Shown: positions 47,401 to 59,102 of the stretch, in pieces
Numbering within the stretch: position 1 is the stretch's first letter
Layout of the letters: each line of letters starts with the position of its first letter
From: Vitrella brassicaformis CCMP3155
Taxonomy: Eukaryota; Protista; Chromerida
Direction: 5' to 3'
Assembly: GCA_001179505.1 (NCBI GenBank)
Contig: CDMY01000441.1
Span: 1 to 64,000 of the forward strand
Length of the DNA: 64,000 nucleotides
Position numbers and translations under genes: made by a program
Notes under the pieces: generated by a model
Told to the model about the DNA's origin: nothing
Seen by the model: the letters and a program-made list of their open reading frames with translations, nothing else
Databases searched by the model: none

Positions 47401-48964
47401 TCCACACCTACCACTCTGAGGGAGCGGGGGGCGGCCACGCGCCCGACATCATGCGGGTGTGCGGGGAGCCCAACGTGCTGCCGTCTTCGACCAACCCCAC
47501 GCGGCCCTACACCGTCAACACCATCGACGAGCATGTCGACATGCTGTGTGTGTGCCACCATCTGGACAAGGCAAGCCAAGGAAAGGCATTAGATAGAGGC
47601 GATAGATATTGTGGGCGATATCGTGTGTGTGTGTGTGTGTGTGTGCAGAATCTTAAGGAGGATCTGGCCTTTGCTGAGTCGCGCATTCGGGCTGAGACCA
47701 TCCAGGTACACACCCAGAGAGAGAGAGACGTGCAGTATCCCTGCATGAGTGTTTGTGCGCACTCACGTCAGGCTGAGGACATCCTCCACGACCTCGGCGC
47801 CATCTCCACCATGTCGTCAGACTCACAGGCCATGGTCAGCCGCCCAGACACCCACTGGCTAAGTCATGGTGTGACCTCGCCGCTGCCTGCACACAGGGTC
47901 GCATCGGCGAGGTCATCTGCCGCACGTGGCAGACGGCCGACAAGATGAAGAAGCAGAGGGGCCACCTGCCCGAAGACAAAGACACTGGCGCTGACAACTA
48001 CAGGGTGGGCGGGCTGGACACGCCACACAGGCACATCACATCCATCGATGGCACTTGTCAGTCTCTGTGTGTGTGTGTTGTCAGGTGCGTCGTTATATCG
48101 CCAAGTACACGGTCAACCCCGCCATCACACACGGCATGAGCCACGTCATCGGATCTGTCGAGGTGGGTGGGCGGGAGCAGAGAGACAGACAGACAGACAG
48201 GCAGACAGACGCACAGAGACCATATCAATGGCCGCTGCTGCAATGACTTGCCTTTGTGTGTGGTGTGTCAGGTTGGTAAGCTGGCTGATTTGTGTCTGTG
48301 GAAGCCGGGCTACTTCGGCACCAAGCCCGAGATCATCATCAAGGGCGGACAAATCGCATGGGCACAAATGGGTGAGCGGTGGACCGATGGTGGACGGGAT
48401 CCTCTGTGTGTGTGTGTGCGTGTGTGTGTGTGTTGTGTGCAGGCATGCCCAACGCGTCGATCCCCACCCCGCAGCCCGTCATGCAGCGCGAAATGTTCGG
48501 CTCCTTCGGAAAGGTCAGCACATAGAGACACACATACACACGTGACCGGCCAGGCCACATTCAGCACCACCACGGCACGGCCGTGTCTGCGTGTCCATCA
48601 TTCAGGCGGTTGGCTCCAATTCGCTGGTGTTCGTGTCCAAGGCGTGTGTTGACTCGGGCGTGACCAAGACATGGGGGATTTCAAAGCGTGTGGAGGCGGT
48701 CAAGGACATCCGCCGTGTGAAGAAGGCCGACATGGTGCTCAACGCCCACTGCCCCAAGATACACATCGACCCGGAACGGTTCCACGTCACAGTCACCGAC
48801 GACAAGGTGTGTCAGCCACCGACACACACAAAGAGGGGGCGGTCGAGGGATAAAGTAAGTGTGTGTGTTTGTGTGTGTGTGTGTGCTGACAGGGTGGCTC
48901 TGAGCTGCTGCAGTGTGAGCCAGCGTCCGTCCTCCCGCTGGCGCAGAGGTACTTCCTCTTCTGA
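44404..48964 (+). CDS. URE: Urease, eukaryotic single-chain gamma-beta-alpha fusion (25 exons)
   Basis: [11 protein letters not shown]..., [13 protein letters not shown] and DRPIQ|VGSHYHF. Ni-site motifs are present: [43 protein letters not shown] and SSDSQAM|GR. Ends [10 protein letters not shown]. Confidence 0.97.
46516..46552 (+). repeat. (GT)n microsatellite immediately upstream of a 3' splice site (representative of many introns)
   Basis: A gtgtgt run ends a few nt before the ctgtgcag acceptor at 46560. The same arrangement occurs at 6025-6059, 47625-47648 and 48400-48441. Confidence 0.9.
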
Positions 48965-49384
48965 TCTGTGGAAAGGTTGGTGCGTGGTGCGTGGTGCGTG
49001 CTGTGTGCAACTGTGTGCATGGCAGACATGGAGGAGCATATGTGCGCTCTCTGCGTTCTTCGACACCTCTCTCTATGTTTGGGCAGTTTTTTCCCCCAAA
49101 CAAACAGGCAGACTGCTTTATCCACGAACCAGCCGCAAACGGCATCTTTCACATAGGGTCCATGGCGTGTCTTTCAAATGATAGGTCCATCCATGCAGCT
49201 GCACACATCAGAGTGCTCACAAACGTACACATGTTAGTGGGTGTGGGTGTGGGTGTGGGGACGGGGCTGCACATGGTGCGGACAGCATCACACACCCATG
49301 GTCAGTCATCCCTTGCGTCACTCGAACTCTCCCTCCCCTAATTCTGCACGTAAGTCTGTCTACTCGGCGTATCAATGGCGCTGT

Positions 49385-50217
49385 CTAGTAGCCCTCGGCC
49401 TCCTTCTGAGCATACACACCGGCACAACACAGCACAGCACATGCAGCAGAACAGAACCAACACATGAACGAGCCCACTGCGGGTGCCGTACCTGCGCGTA
49501 GCTGCCGCGGAGGCATCTGCCCTTCCCATCGCAAAAGCACCCCATCCCCGCGGCTTTCGCTCCCTTGACGTCGTAGTCGGGGGACTGGTCAGTCTCGTAC
49601 ACACACGGGGTCCACCGCTCCTTGTTCTTGCATCTCTGGTTAAAATCCCCGCAGCCAGTCGTCTCGGACCCACTGCCAATCCCTGCACGACCACATACAA
49701 CATTTGTGTGTGGCCCACTGCCATGGGGCTCTCTCGCCGACCTTCCTGTGTGTGTGTGATGTCCTTGATGAGTCGTTCGGCCGTGTGGATGGCGTCGCGG
49801 GCAGTCTTGGTCATCTCCGCCGCGGCGGCCATCATGGCCCTGGCGCCCTTGAGCTGCTGCTGCGCCACCAGCAACTTCTGCAGCTGCTGAATGGCAGCTG
49901 CAGCGCCGTACGTCAACGTGTCTGCACATTGCATTTCATTCAGCCAGAGGGAAAGCGAGATCTCGGTAGGTACGTCGCATGGTGGCAGATCTGCGCTTGC
50001 AGATGGATGGTGGCACAAATGAATCTACTGTACCCACCTCGAACACCCTCCTTGCGACGCGCCGTCGTGGCGAACGCTGCATATATCAACGCACAAAGAG
50101 GGAATGCACGGGTGGGTGCAGGGGCGGTCTGGTGTGGTGGGTGCTCATCCTCGTGTGTGTACCGTTGGCCGCCGCAACAGCAGCAAACAAGACGAGAAGA
50201 GCCGTAATGCCCCTCAT
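49385..50217 (-). CDS. Small secreted protein with helical core and Cys-rich C-terminal module
   Basis: Signal peptide MRGITALLVLFAAVAAAN. Exons give AAAAIQQLQKLLVAQQQLKG... and GCGDFNQRCKNKERWTPCVY...GCFCDGKGRCLRGSYAQ|KEAEGY*. Confidence 0.6.
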
Positions 50218-50395
50218 TTCTCTCCTCTGGTTCGGTTCGGATTCAGCGAGTTTACGAATCGCTGTTGGGGGCGAGACTGTGCGTCTCACGGCAACGGCCC
50301 AGTCGCCGCGGCCTTGTCGGCGTTTCATCGTGCAGGCATCCAAATTCTTTGCATGCAGCGCCACCAGCGCTGTATATGGATGTGAGCCAGTTGGA

Positions 50396-51898
50396 TCAAG
50401 TGGCTGCAGGCATCATGCCAGTGCACTCAGGTGCCCCGCAGTGACACCTCACTCTCCCTCCGACGTCATCCCGCATGGGTGGCCCGTAGGCATAACTCAG
50501 CTCAGTGCCTGCAGGAATGGCCTCCCTCGCAAAGAGCACCGCACGGGGGATCAGGGAACCCGCTCGCACCACGTCAAGCTGCATGGCATCTACCCATCAC
50601 TCCGTCAAGTCGATTGGTCCATCCAAGCCTGTACCTGCAGATTTGGCCTGCACGAGTGGTTGATGAACCGGGCGATGCTGCCGCACTCTGCGGCGTCGAT
50701 GCGGGTCGTCATTAAACGCTCACCCCTGCACACCCACACACAGCCAGACAGATGGAGGTTTGATTCCAACCATTGGCAGCCCGCCAACCCACCGAGCGAG
50801 TGACTGACTGACTGACCGACCGACCGACCAATGCTCTCTTGTCGTGAGTAGGAAGTTGGGTCGCAGCGGGCGGGATGAGCGCATGCGGCTCTCGTTCTCG
50901 GCGTCAAGACGCTGCATGGCATTGCGAGGACAGACAGACAAGTGTAGAGAGAGACATGCTGGCGGGTGGAATGCAATGCACGCCGACCGACCTTGAGGCG
51001 TGTAGTGGCTTCGTCTTCTGTGAGGTACTCTCCCGCGTACTCAGCCACAAAGGCGCCTGCCCACGGTAAACAAATGGGTAAAGACAGACAAACCCCATAA
51101 TAGTATTACCCTGCATCTGGACACTCTCACCCACCTCTGGGAATGCCCTCGAGTGTCCTCACGCTCCAGCCGACAGTGTCCTGCCAATACACCTGCAAGA
51201 CATCAACCCATCCATCCATCCATCATGTGACGCACACACACGCCACCACTGTCTGTTTGCGCCTAAACCTCAAGTTTCCACCGCACGCCGCCCTGCGCCA
51301 CCCGATTGCGGCACCCGCCCCCTTTGGCACACCCACAGGTAGAATGGCACTCGATGATGGGCCTTTGCTGGCTGTTCCTTCTCCCAGGAGGAAGGGAGAG
51401 AAGGCCGTCGGGCGTGTAGGATGGCCCGCCGCTGGCAGACACGCTGAGACACACGCAATATATAAGGATTGTTTGCGTGCTGCATGATTGATGTCTGGAG
51501 GAGGTATGCCTCAGTTTACCAAGGGCAGTGGTTGTCGACGCAGCTCACAGAAAGGCCGGAGCATGAGCAGGCCAGGAAGTCGCCTTCACTGTCTGTCTTC
51601 TGCTGCGCGGCGAACGATGCCGATGGCCGGCTGGTGCCAACGTACTGCGTGAATGCACTCACCCACACACGACAGAGCGCATTGAATGTGTGTATGTTGA
51701 ATGTGTGTCTACTGCATCACAGCTGACCTGGAAATGGGTCGGCTGCCTCATTTCGACTGCAGTGTGTGGAGGGATCAGTGGTGGGAGATGACAGACGATA
51801 GGTGTCGGCTCGACACCGCCAGAAAGGTCGCAAAGGACAGGCACGCTGCAACAAGTGCGACACAGCGAACAGCGACAGCAAAAGTTCGTTGAGCTCAT
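50396..51898 (-). CDS. Histone-lysine N-methyltransferase, SETMAR/SUV39-type with pre-SET, SET and post-SET (7 exons)
   Basis: DLSGGVEPTPI, CSCSG...CPC, IIECHSTCGC...CRNRV, GWSVRT, FVAEYAGEY, IDAAECGSIARFINHSCRPNL, ELSYAYG and post-SET CHCGAPECTG. The start is approximate. Confidence 0.85.
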
Positions 51899-52039
51899 GC
51901 AGGTCTACGGAAACGATCCATTGACATGCAACCATCACGCGTGCACGATAGGCAAAAGCGCAAAAAAAAACAAAAAACTAATAGCTCGAACGAAGCGCCA
52001 CTGACCTAGTCCCCTCCTCGCTGTCTCAGCCCTCGTCCC

Positions 52040-53790
52040 TTACTCGGGCTGCTCGAGTCTCTCCACCTCTGCTCGGATGTTCCGTCGCGCATCCGCCTCG
52101 GCCGTCCCACCCAGATGGGAAAACAGCTGAGGCCGATCCAGCAGCGACCGCAGGAACTTGGCCCGCTCACTGCGGTACACCGATGGCGCCAAATGGGTGT
52201 ACTCGAGACGAATCTGAAGAGAAGACAGGCAGGCACAGAAAGGTGCTTGTGGGGACACAGGCATCTGTCGCTGCTCACCTGATCTGCATATGCATCGTAT
52301 TTCTCTTTCTCCGACGCCAGCACACTCAGGTCGAAGTCCAGGAACCACTGCATGGCCTGAACCCACTCCTCTCCCCACCCCTCAGCCCTCAGCCGCTCCG
52401 CACCCGACGCACCAGCCCACTCGAAATGGCTCGCCGTCGCCCGCACAAACAGCACGGCCGCATCGGCCACCTGCCGATGCATCACGCGCAGGCTGACCTC
52501 TTGGATGAAGGCCTCGAGCAGCTCTGCCGACCGCTCTTCGTTGTCTTTGCGGTGGGGGACATAGATGGCGTCGTGGAACCAGACGGCGAGGGAGATGGCA
52601 CACGCACAGGGGGGCGGGACGGGGGGGCTGTGGGTGGTTTGCAGGGAGATGAGGTCGGATATGTGTCGGAGGGTGTGATAGTGCCGCCATGGCTCCAGGT
52701 GCATGTCCACCAGCCGCATGAACCACACGTCGGCTACCTCCTCATCCACCTTTAGCTGCTGCACCGTCAGCTGCCGAAACATATCCCGCATGGCCGGCAC
52801 CACCACCCCAAGCGCCTGTGCACGGTCGGCCTGGTGTTTTCTCAGGTCCGTCGAGCTCAGCTTGCCGCTGTTGCTGTCATTCCCCTGACCCTTGCCCTCC
52901 TCCTCCTCCCCGCCCACCACTTGCAGCTCCAGCAGCTCCACTGGCGGCTTGCCGTTCTCCTCTCGCACCTTGTTGACATGCTCCCCGCCCCTCCGTGTCT
53001 CGCTCGTGACGACCAGCGCGTCGAAATCGATCGTCCCGGCGGGCCCGACCGGGTCATTGAGAACATCGATGTCAACGTCGTCGCCACTCTCGACCCTCAC
53101 TCTCGACACGAAGGTTCGCACCGCCTCCTTTCGCGTCCTGTAGGGATCGAGGAAGTCGCCGTGCCGCTTCTTGGTCAGCATCGACGGGCCCGTGATGCGG
53201 AGAATCATGGTTTGCTTGGTGAGCAGCCTCGTGAAGGTCAGCAGCAACTTGTGGCCGGCGTGGAGGCGGTCGAAGGTGCCGGCAAAGACGGACCGATTCA
53301 CGCGCCGATAGCTGCCTTGGCGCACTGGTGGGAGGGGCGGGAGGGGCGGCATGTCTGGCGGCTGTGCTGTTGGCACGCCGAGCGACGGAAGAGGCGAGCC
53401 ATCACTCATCAGAGGCAGAGTGATGGCCGGTTCCTCAGTCATGGCCGTGCCGTCAGTGAATCCAATAGGCTCCTCATGCTCACCCAGACACAGCGCCAAG
53501 TCCCTTGCAGAGGCCAGGGGCAGCAGGCAGACATCCAGCAGTGGGTTGGTGTGCTTCAGGCCGACACGCGCCAGATACCCATAGATGACAGATAAAACAT
53601 CGAATAGGTACTGCCGGGGTGCCGTGTGGTCGTCTGGCGCCAGCCAGTAGATCAGAAGCTGCCTGCGGACGAGGCGGACACACGATGCAGCCCACAGCAA
53701 GAAGCGGTGGAAGTCGGGCTGTGAGAGGCGCGTTGGATCTTGGACCACGACCACACCGACGCCATAGCGAAACGAAGGCACATCAGCCAT
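52040..53790 (-). CDS. PPAT: Phosphopantetheine adenylyltransferase fused to C-terminal HD-family phosphohydrolase (2 exons)
   Basis: PPAT motifs FAGTFDRLHAGHKLLL and ALVVTSETRRGGEHVNKVREENG. HD-type motifs WRHYHTLRHI, AVWFHDAIY, DNEERSA, FLDFDLSVL and IRLEY...ARRNI. Confidence 0.85.
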
Positions 53791-53798
53791 CTTCCCAC

Positions 53799-53807
53799 TG
53801 CGAGCTA
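53799..53807 (-). promoter_or_regulatory. Candidate promoter motif TAGCTCGCA (PPAT / GRL spacer)
   Basis: tgcgagcta on the plus strand, inside a spacer only 48 bp long. Confidence 0.45.
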
Positions 53808-53838
53808 AGCCGAAAGGGGGAGTCCGCTTTGAAGAGCG

Positions 53839-55520
53839 ATGGACGGTTCCTCATCAACGTCCACCAACGAGGAGAGCGACAAAAATCAGCGAGAGGATGC
53901 CAAGGCAGATCTTGCGACTGCAGATACTGATGCACGGCAGAAGCAAGGCACAGAGGCCACCAGCAGCATCAGACGGCTGGAGCATGTGACGACGGATCTT
54001 ATCGAGGACGAGGCTCTGAAATGGATGGTTCTGCTTCTCCGCATCACCTTCCTCGTCCCACACACACGAGCGGAGCGGGTCGTTGCCGCTGTGGCCATGC
54101 TGGTCCCCTGGCTGTCGGCCGTGCAGCAGCTGCTCTTTCTGGTGGACCTTGATGCTGTCGAGGCCAACGACGACCGGGCCGTGCTGCTGACCAACAGCGC
54201 CCTCTGGCACGTGCTCACGGGCTGCGTCCGGCTGTGGCTGCTGCTGTGCGTGCCCAAGCAGAAGCTGTGCAAGCTGTTCAAATGCCTGCTGAGGTCATCC
54301 TACTGGCACATGAAGCCCCCACCAGCAGTGGCTTTCTCCACCGAGCGGCTCAACAGGACCGCCAAGATCTGGTCGATTGTGTGCTTCTGCACCGGCGTCC
54401 TCAACTGGGCTCTTCTCTTCTTCGGCTACTTTATCGGGGCTGAGATACGACTGGTCATCAACTACCCCTACGCTCAGCCCGACGGGCAGGGGTGGACCAT
54501 TCAGGAAGAGGAACCGGGCATCTACTGGTGGGCGGTGCTGCAGCTGGTGCTTCAGGGGTTGTGCTCTTTCGCGTGGATCGTGCCCTTGCTGCCCTACTCC
54601 CTGGCCGTTGGGCTGCTGCACGAGCGATTCAGGCACTTTGGTATGGCCCTTGACCACCTGATTCCGGCCCTCGGCAACTCGAACGAGTTGCTGGGAGTGC
54701 ATCGAGACACTGACAGTGACGGGCAGCCGACGGGCAAGGTGCCGTCGCTGGCGCAGCTGACCGTGGCGCATCGGCAGCTGTGCCAGGCGGTGCTGGTGGT
54801 CGACAGGATCTTCCGTCCCTTCGTGGCTACCTGGTTCAGTGTTAACTCGGCCCTGACCATCTTCCTGATCTATAGGATTGTTTTCTTCCGGGAGGGGGCG
54901 TCCTCCACCCTCATGGGGTCCTTCTTCTTCTGGCTCCTCACCGGCCTCTTGCTGCAGGCAAGCTGAAAGACACATACGCGCATCGCATCCACCCACCACA
55001 CATTTGACATCGGTACCTACCTTGCCTTGCGTTGCTGCGTCCGGTCCGCGTGTGTGCGCAGGGCATTGTGGGGTACAAGGCTGCGAAGATCTACGCCTGG
55101 CACGACCACCTGCTGTCCAAGTGTCTGCAGATACAGCTGCCCCCTGACCAGCACACTAACGCCCCGCCACCCACCCCACCGCCCCTTGCCGCCCCTCTCA
55201 CATCGAGACAGTCATCGCGCAAGCCGCTGCTGCTCCTGCGGAGTCACTCGCTGGACACATCCATCGCACCGATGTGTGAAGAGGCGCTAGCACAGAGCAC
55301 ACACATCGTGACGCGTCGTGAAGAGACATCAGAGTCTGGGGTGCAGCGGGAGCTGGAGCTGCTGAGGTTCGCTCACCAAGTGAGCAACCTACGCCCTGGT
55401 CTGACGGTGGGAGGTGCGGTGCTGCTCAACTGGCAGCTGATTGGGACTGCGGCGAGTGTGGTTGCGTCTGTGTTTGTGTTCCTCTACGAGACGAGGAAGG
55501 GCAACACAGAGACAGAATGA
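53839..55520 (+). CDS. Gustatory-receptor-like (7TM ion channel superfamily) protein (2 exons, GC-AG intron)
   Basis: Multiple hydrophobic TM segments with AHRQLCQAVLVVDRIF before TM5. The C-terminal GLTVGGAVLLNWQLIGTAASVVASVFVFLYE resembles the GR TM7 region. Intron 54958-55061 begins gcaagc. Confidence 0.72.
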
Positions 55521-56233
55521 GGGAGGGAGGGGGTGAGGGATTGTACGTAAGCTACCTGCGGGCTGTTTCGATGCGTTTATGGACATATATGGGCAGGGGT
55601 AAGTGTAGTGTAGGAGACTCGTACGGTAGCTAATATCGTGCCCTCACTGCTGCAGAGTTGCAGATAGATAGAGGTTTTGCATTGACTGACGTCGCTTTTG
55701 CCTTCGTTCGTTGGTGTGTGTGTTTGTCACACGACATGTAGTGAGTGTGTATGATGGACGTTGATTCATTATATATTGTCAAGTGGCCCACAAAATGTTG
55801 GAATGGTACACACACGCAGACAGGGAACGGTTCCACCGACGCATCCGTGACCGGCAAAGCAAATACCACACGTGCGCGGCGGTCCAAAACCGATCTGTCT
55901 GCACAGGAGCGGTCGCATCGATCGCATCAGTGGCTGGGCTGGCTACACGGCACGGCAAAACAAGCACGACACTACCGAAGGAACCAGACAATCAATGGGC
56001 CCACCAATCATTCACATGGACAATCTCACTCTCCGTGGCTGCACGCTGCCCGCATGGCCGCCTAGCCGAAGCTGATGAAGAGCAAACACCAGTACCAGCC
56101 ATGTGTGTGCCGGCACCCATGTCTGCCCCCTCGACACCTCCGGCGAGAAGACAACCTCGGTCAGCTCATGGCCAGCCACTTCATAGATATCACCCTCCCA
56201 TCCATCCATCCATCCATCCATCGGCCGATCACC

Positions 56234-59066
56234 TCACTTCCTCCGGCGCCGCCTGGCGGAGCCGCCCTCTCCGTCCCCCTGCCCCTGCTGCCCACCCGCC
56301 CCCATGGACTCGCCCACCATCACGACGTCATCGTCGTCCTTGGCCTTGGCCTTGTCGTCGTTGGCGTTGGCGTCGGCGTTTTCAAGGTCGATCACCACTT
56401 TCTTGCCGTCCGGCTGTGGCTGCTGAATGTCCTTGTCGCGCTGCCGCCTCAGCTGCCGCTGGGTGCGCTCAGACGCCGCAGGCTGAGCCTTCTTGTCGCC
56501 CTGCTTGTCCTTCCTCGGCTTGTCGAGCGGCTGCTCCTCATCGGAGCCGGAATCGACCATCTCGGCGTGCTGCGGGCCTCCACCACCACCACCAACAGCA
56601 GCCGCACTTGAAGCAGCAGCAGCCCCCTTCCTGCCGTTGTGTGCCGCCGGCAGTGGGGGCGCCTCGTCCCCCACGCCGTGCATCTTGGCGTTGCGCTCGG
56701 CCTGCTCGTCTTTGGGGCTCTTCCTGGGCTTCTTGGCGGCATTGCCCCCGTCCAGCCCCTCGCTGATGGAGTCCATCAGACTGGCCGGGGGATTGCCTCG
56801 CGCGCCCTGCCGCATGTGTGGGGGCGCCTTGTCCATGTCCGGCCGCGCCTGTCGCTTCGGCCGGTCGGCAAGCTGAAAGCCCTTGAACTGGTGGAATATG
56901 CTCCGGCCCCGGATGCCTGCCTTGGCCTTCGCGGCGCCTGGCTGCTGCTGGTTCGGCTGCCCGGGCTGGTCGTTGCTGCGGCTGTTGGCCTCGTTGTCGT
57001 CATTGTCGAGGTCGATGGGGTCTTTGTGATTGCCACTGGGCTGCAGGAGGTCGTTCTGCTCGAGACCGATGCGGTTGCGGCGACGGGGTGGAGGCGGTAA
57101 GGGTGGCGGTGGTGGGCCGTAAGGCTGCAGCTCTGGCTGGGGGGGGCCAAAGGGGTTGCTACCCTCCTTGGTCTTCTCCCTGGTGATTGCAAAAGAAACA
57201 ACGAGACGGACATACACCTCTGAGACTGTGCGATGAGAGACTGTTTGTGTATGTGTGGTTCTACTTACTTCCAGTCATTGAGTCCATGACGGTTTTGTGA
57301 GGGCAGCGGCGCCTCCACCTCCTCGACCTCCTCCACCTCACCATGGGCTGCGCCACCCGACGATGCGGCAGCAGCCGCCGCCGCGGCAGCAGGACTGGAC
57401 GACAGCTTCTTGGCCCGGCTCTTCTTTCTCTCGTACTGTCTCAGCAGCCGCTGCTGCTCCTCCTTCTCACGCTGAGTCATCCCCTTCAGAGGGTCGACCT
57501 CGGCCTCGTCGTCCCTCTCGTCACGCCTCTCGTCAAGCCGGTCCCTCTTGCCCTTGCCGTTGTTGCCCCACCTGTTGGCCTGCTTTTCCTTCTGCTTCAT
57601 CTCGTACTCGTCCTCCTCCTGGTTGGACTGCTCCATCTGCTGCCTCATGAAGCCCTCCCAGCCGGCATCGTCCATCTGGCTGGGGATGGGGGCAGGGGAC
57701 GGCCGCCGGCCATGGACGACCCCATGGATGGCATCGTCTAGCGCCTCACGAATGCTGGGAATGTCGCGTCGCCGTTTGTCCTTTTTGCCGCCCTGCTTGG
57801 CCCAGGGGGGTGCGGGCTTGGGCTCCTTGCCCTTGGCCTTAGGGCGGCCGAGGGGGATGAGTGGGTTGTCGAAGGGCTTCTTCTTGGGCACCATGACGTG
57901 CTTCTGGGTGACGTGGTCGCGCGAAAAGGGTGTTGGCATGGACGGGCCGGCGGGGCTCGCGATGGGCTCGGCGGGGTCGAACACCGGCGGTGGAGATGGG
58001 GGGCGCTCGGGCAACGTCTGCGAAGTAAATGACACAGAGAGGGCAGAGAAGTGAGTGTCGGTGTCTGTCTGTCTGTGTATTGGGNNNNNNNNNNNNNNNN
58101 NNNNNNNNNNNNNNNNNNNNNNNNNNNNNNNNNNNNNNNNNNNNNNNNNNNNNNNNNNNNNNNNNNNNNNNNNNNNNNNNNNNNNNNNNNNNNNNNNNNN
58201 NNNNNNNNNNNNNNNNNNNNNNNNNNNNNNNNNNNNNNNNNNNNNNNNNNNNNNNNNNNNNNNNNNNNNNNNNNNNNNNNNNNNNNNNNNNNNNNNNNNN
58301 NNNNNNNNNNNNNNNNNNNNNNNNNNNNNNNNNNNNNNNNNNNNNNNNNNNNNNNNNNNNNNNNNNNNNNNNNNNNNNNNNNNNGGGTGGTTTGGGTGTC
58401 ACTTACCGAGCCTTGGTGCCCCGAGATGAAGAGTTCCTTGAGCTGGCCCAGCTGCTCTTCGTTCTTCTCCCACTGCTGGTTCTTGAACATGAAGCTCAGC
58501 ATGCGACGCCACTGACGGCGCCTGACGCATCCACACACACGCACACACACATATGGACACGGAGACCCGGAGAGGCTGCTATGTGTGTGTGTGGGTGGGT
58601 GGGTGGGTACCGCGTGCTGATGTGGTTTTGGTCGATCATGTCACTGTCCTCCTCGGCAGCGGCCTTGCCGCTCTTGCCCCCGCCACCCTTGCCCCGCCGC
58701 GGCAACCGACTCAACAACCGACGCATCCTGACCACCACACAAGACACCCACAGACACAGAAACAACGCCACATCAGCCGATAGAAGGAAGGATGGATGGA
58801 ACAGCCTTCGCCAAGCTCACCCACCCCTTTTGCTCGAAGTCATCCGCGACGAGGTTGGTGACCCATTCGACGACAAAGACGCCGCAGTCGAAGGAGTTCT
58901 CCTGCTGCGGCACCGTCAAAGAAGTCATGACCCACCGCTTGGGCGAGTCCTTGTTGTACACGCCTCTGCGATTCGTCGGCTGGGGGAGCTCGAACTCCCA
59001 CCGCTCCCGCTCCTCAGGAGCCAGCTGCTGCTGAAACTTGCACTGGAACTCCTGTCAAGTCAACCA

Positions 59067-59102
<36 letters not shown>

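Noticed and set aside
44404-48964. Urease as a horizontally acquired bacterial operon
   Set aside because: It is a single-chain eukaryotic fusion with 24 introns, and no ureD/E/F/G genes are adjacent.
50396-51898. SETMAR-like gene as a mariner transposase fusion or mobile element
   Set aside because: The CDS ends right after post-SET (…MPAAT*). No DDE domain or terminal inverted repeats are seen.
55630-56766. Plus-strand ORFs 55745-56065, 55783-56766 and 56075-56611
   Set aside because: They are antisense to the last SUMO-protease exon or lie in 3' UTR microsatellite DNA, with no recognisable motif.
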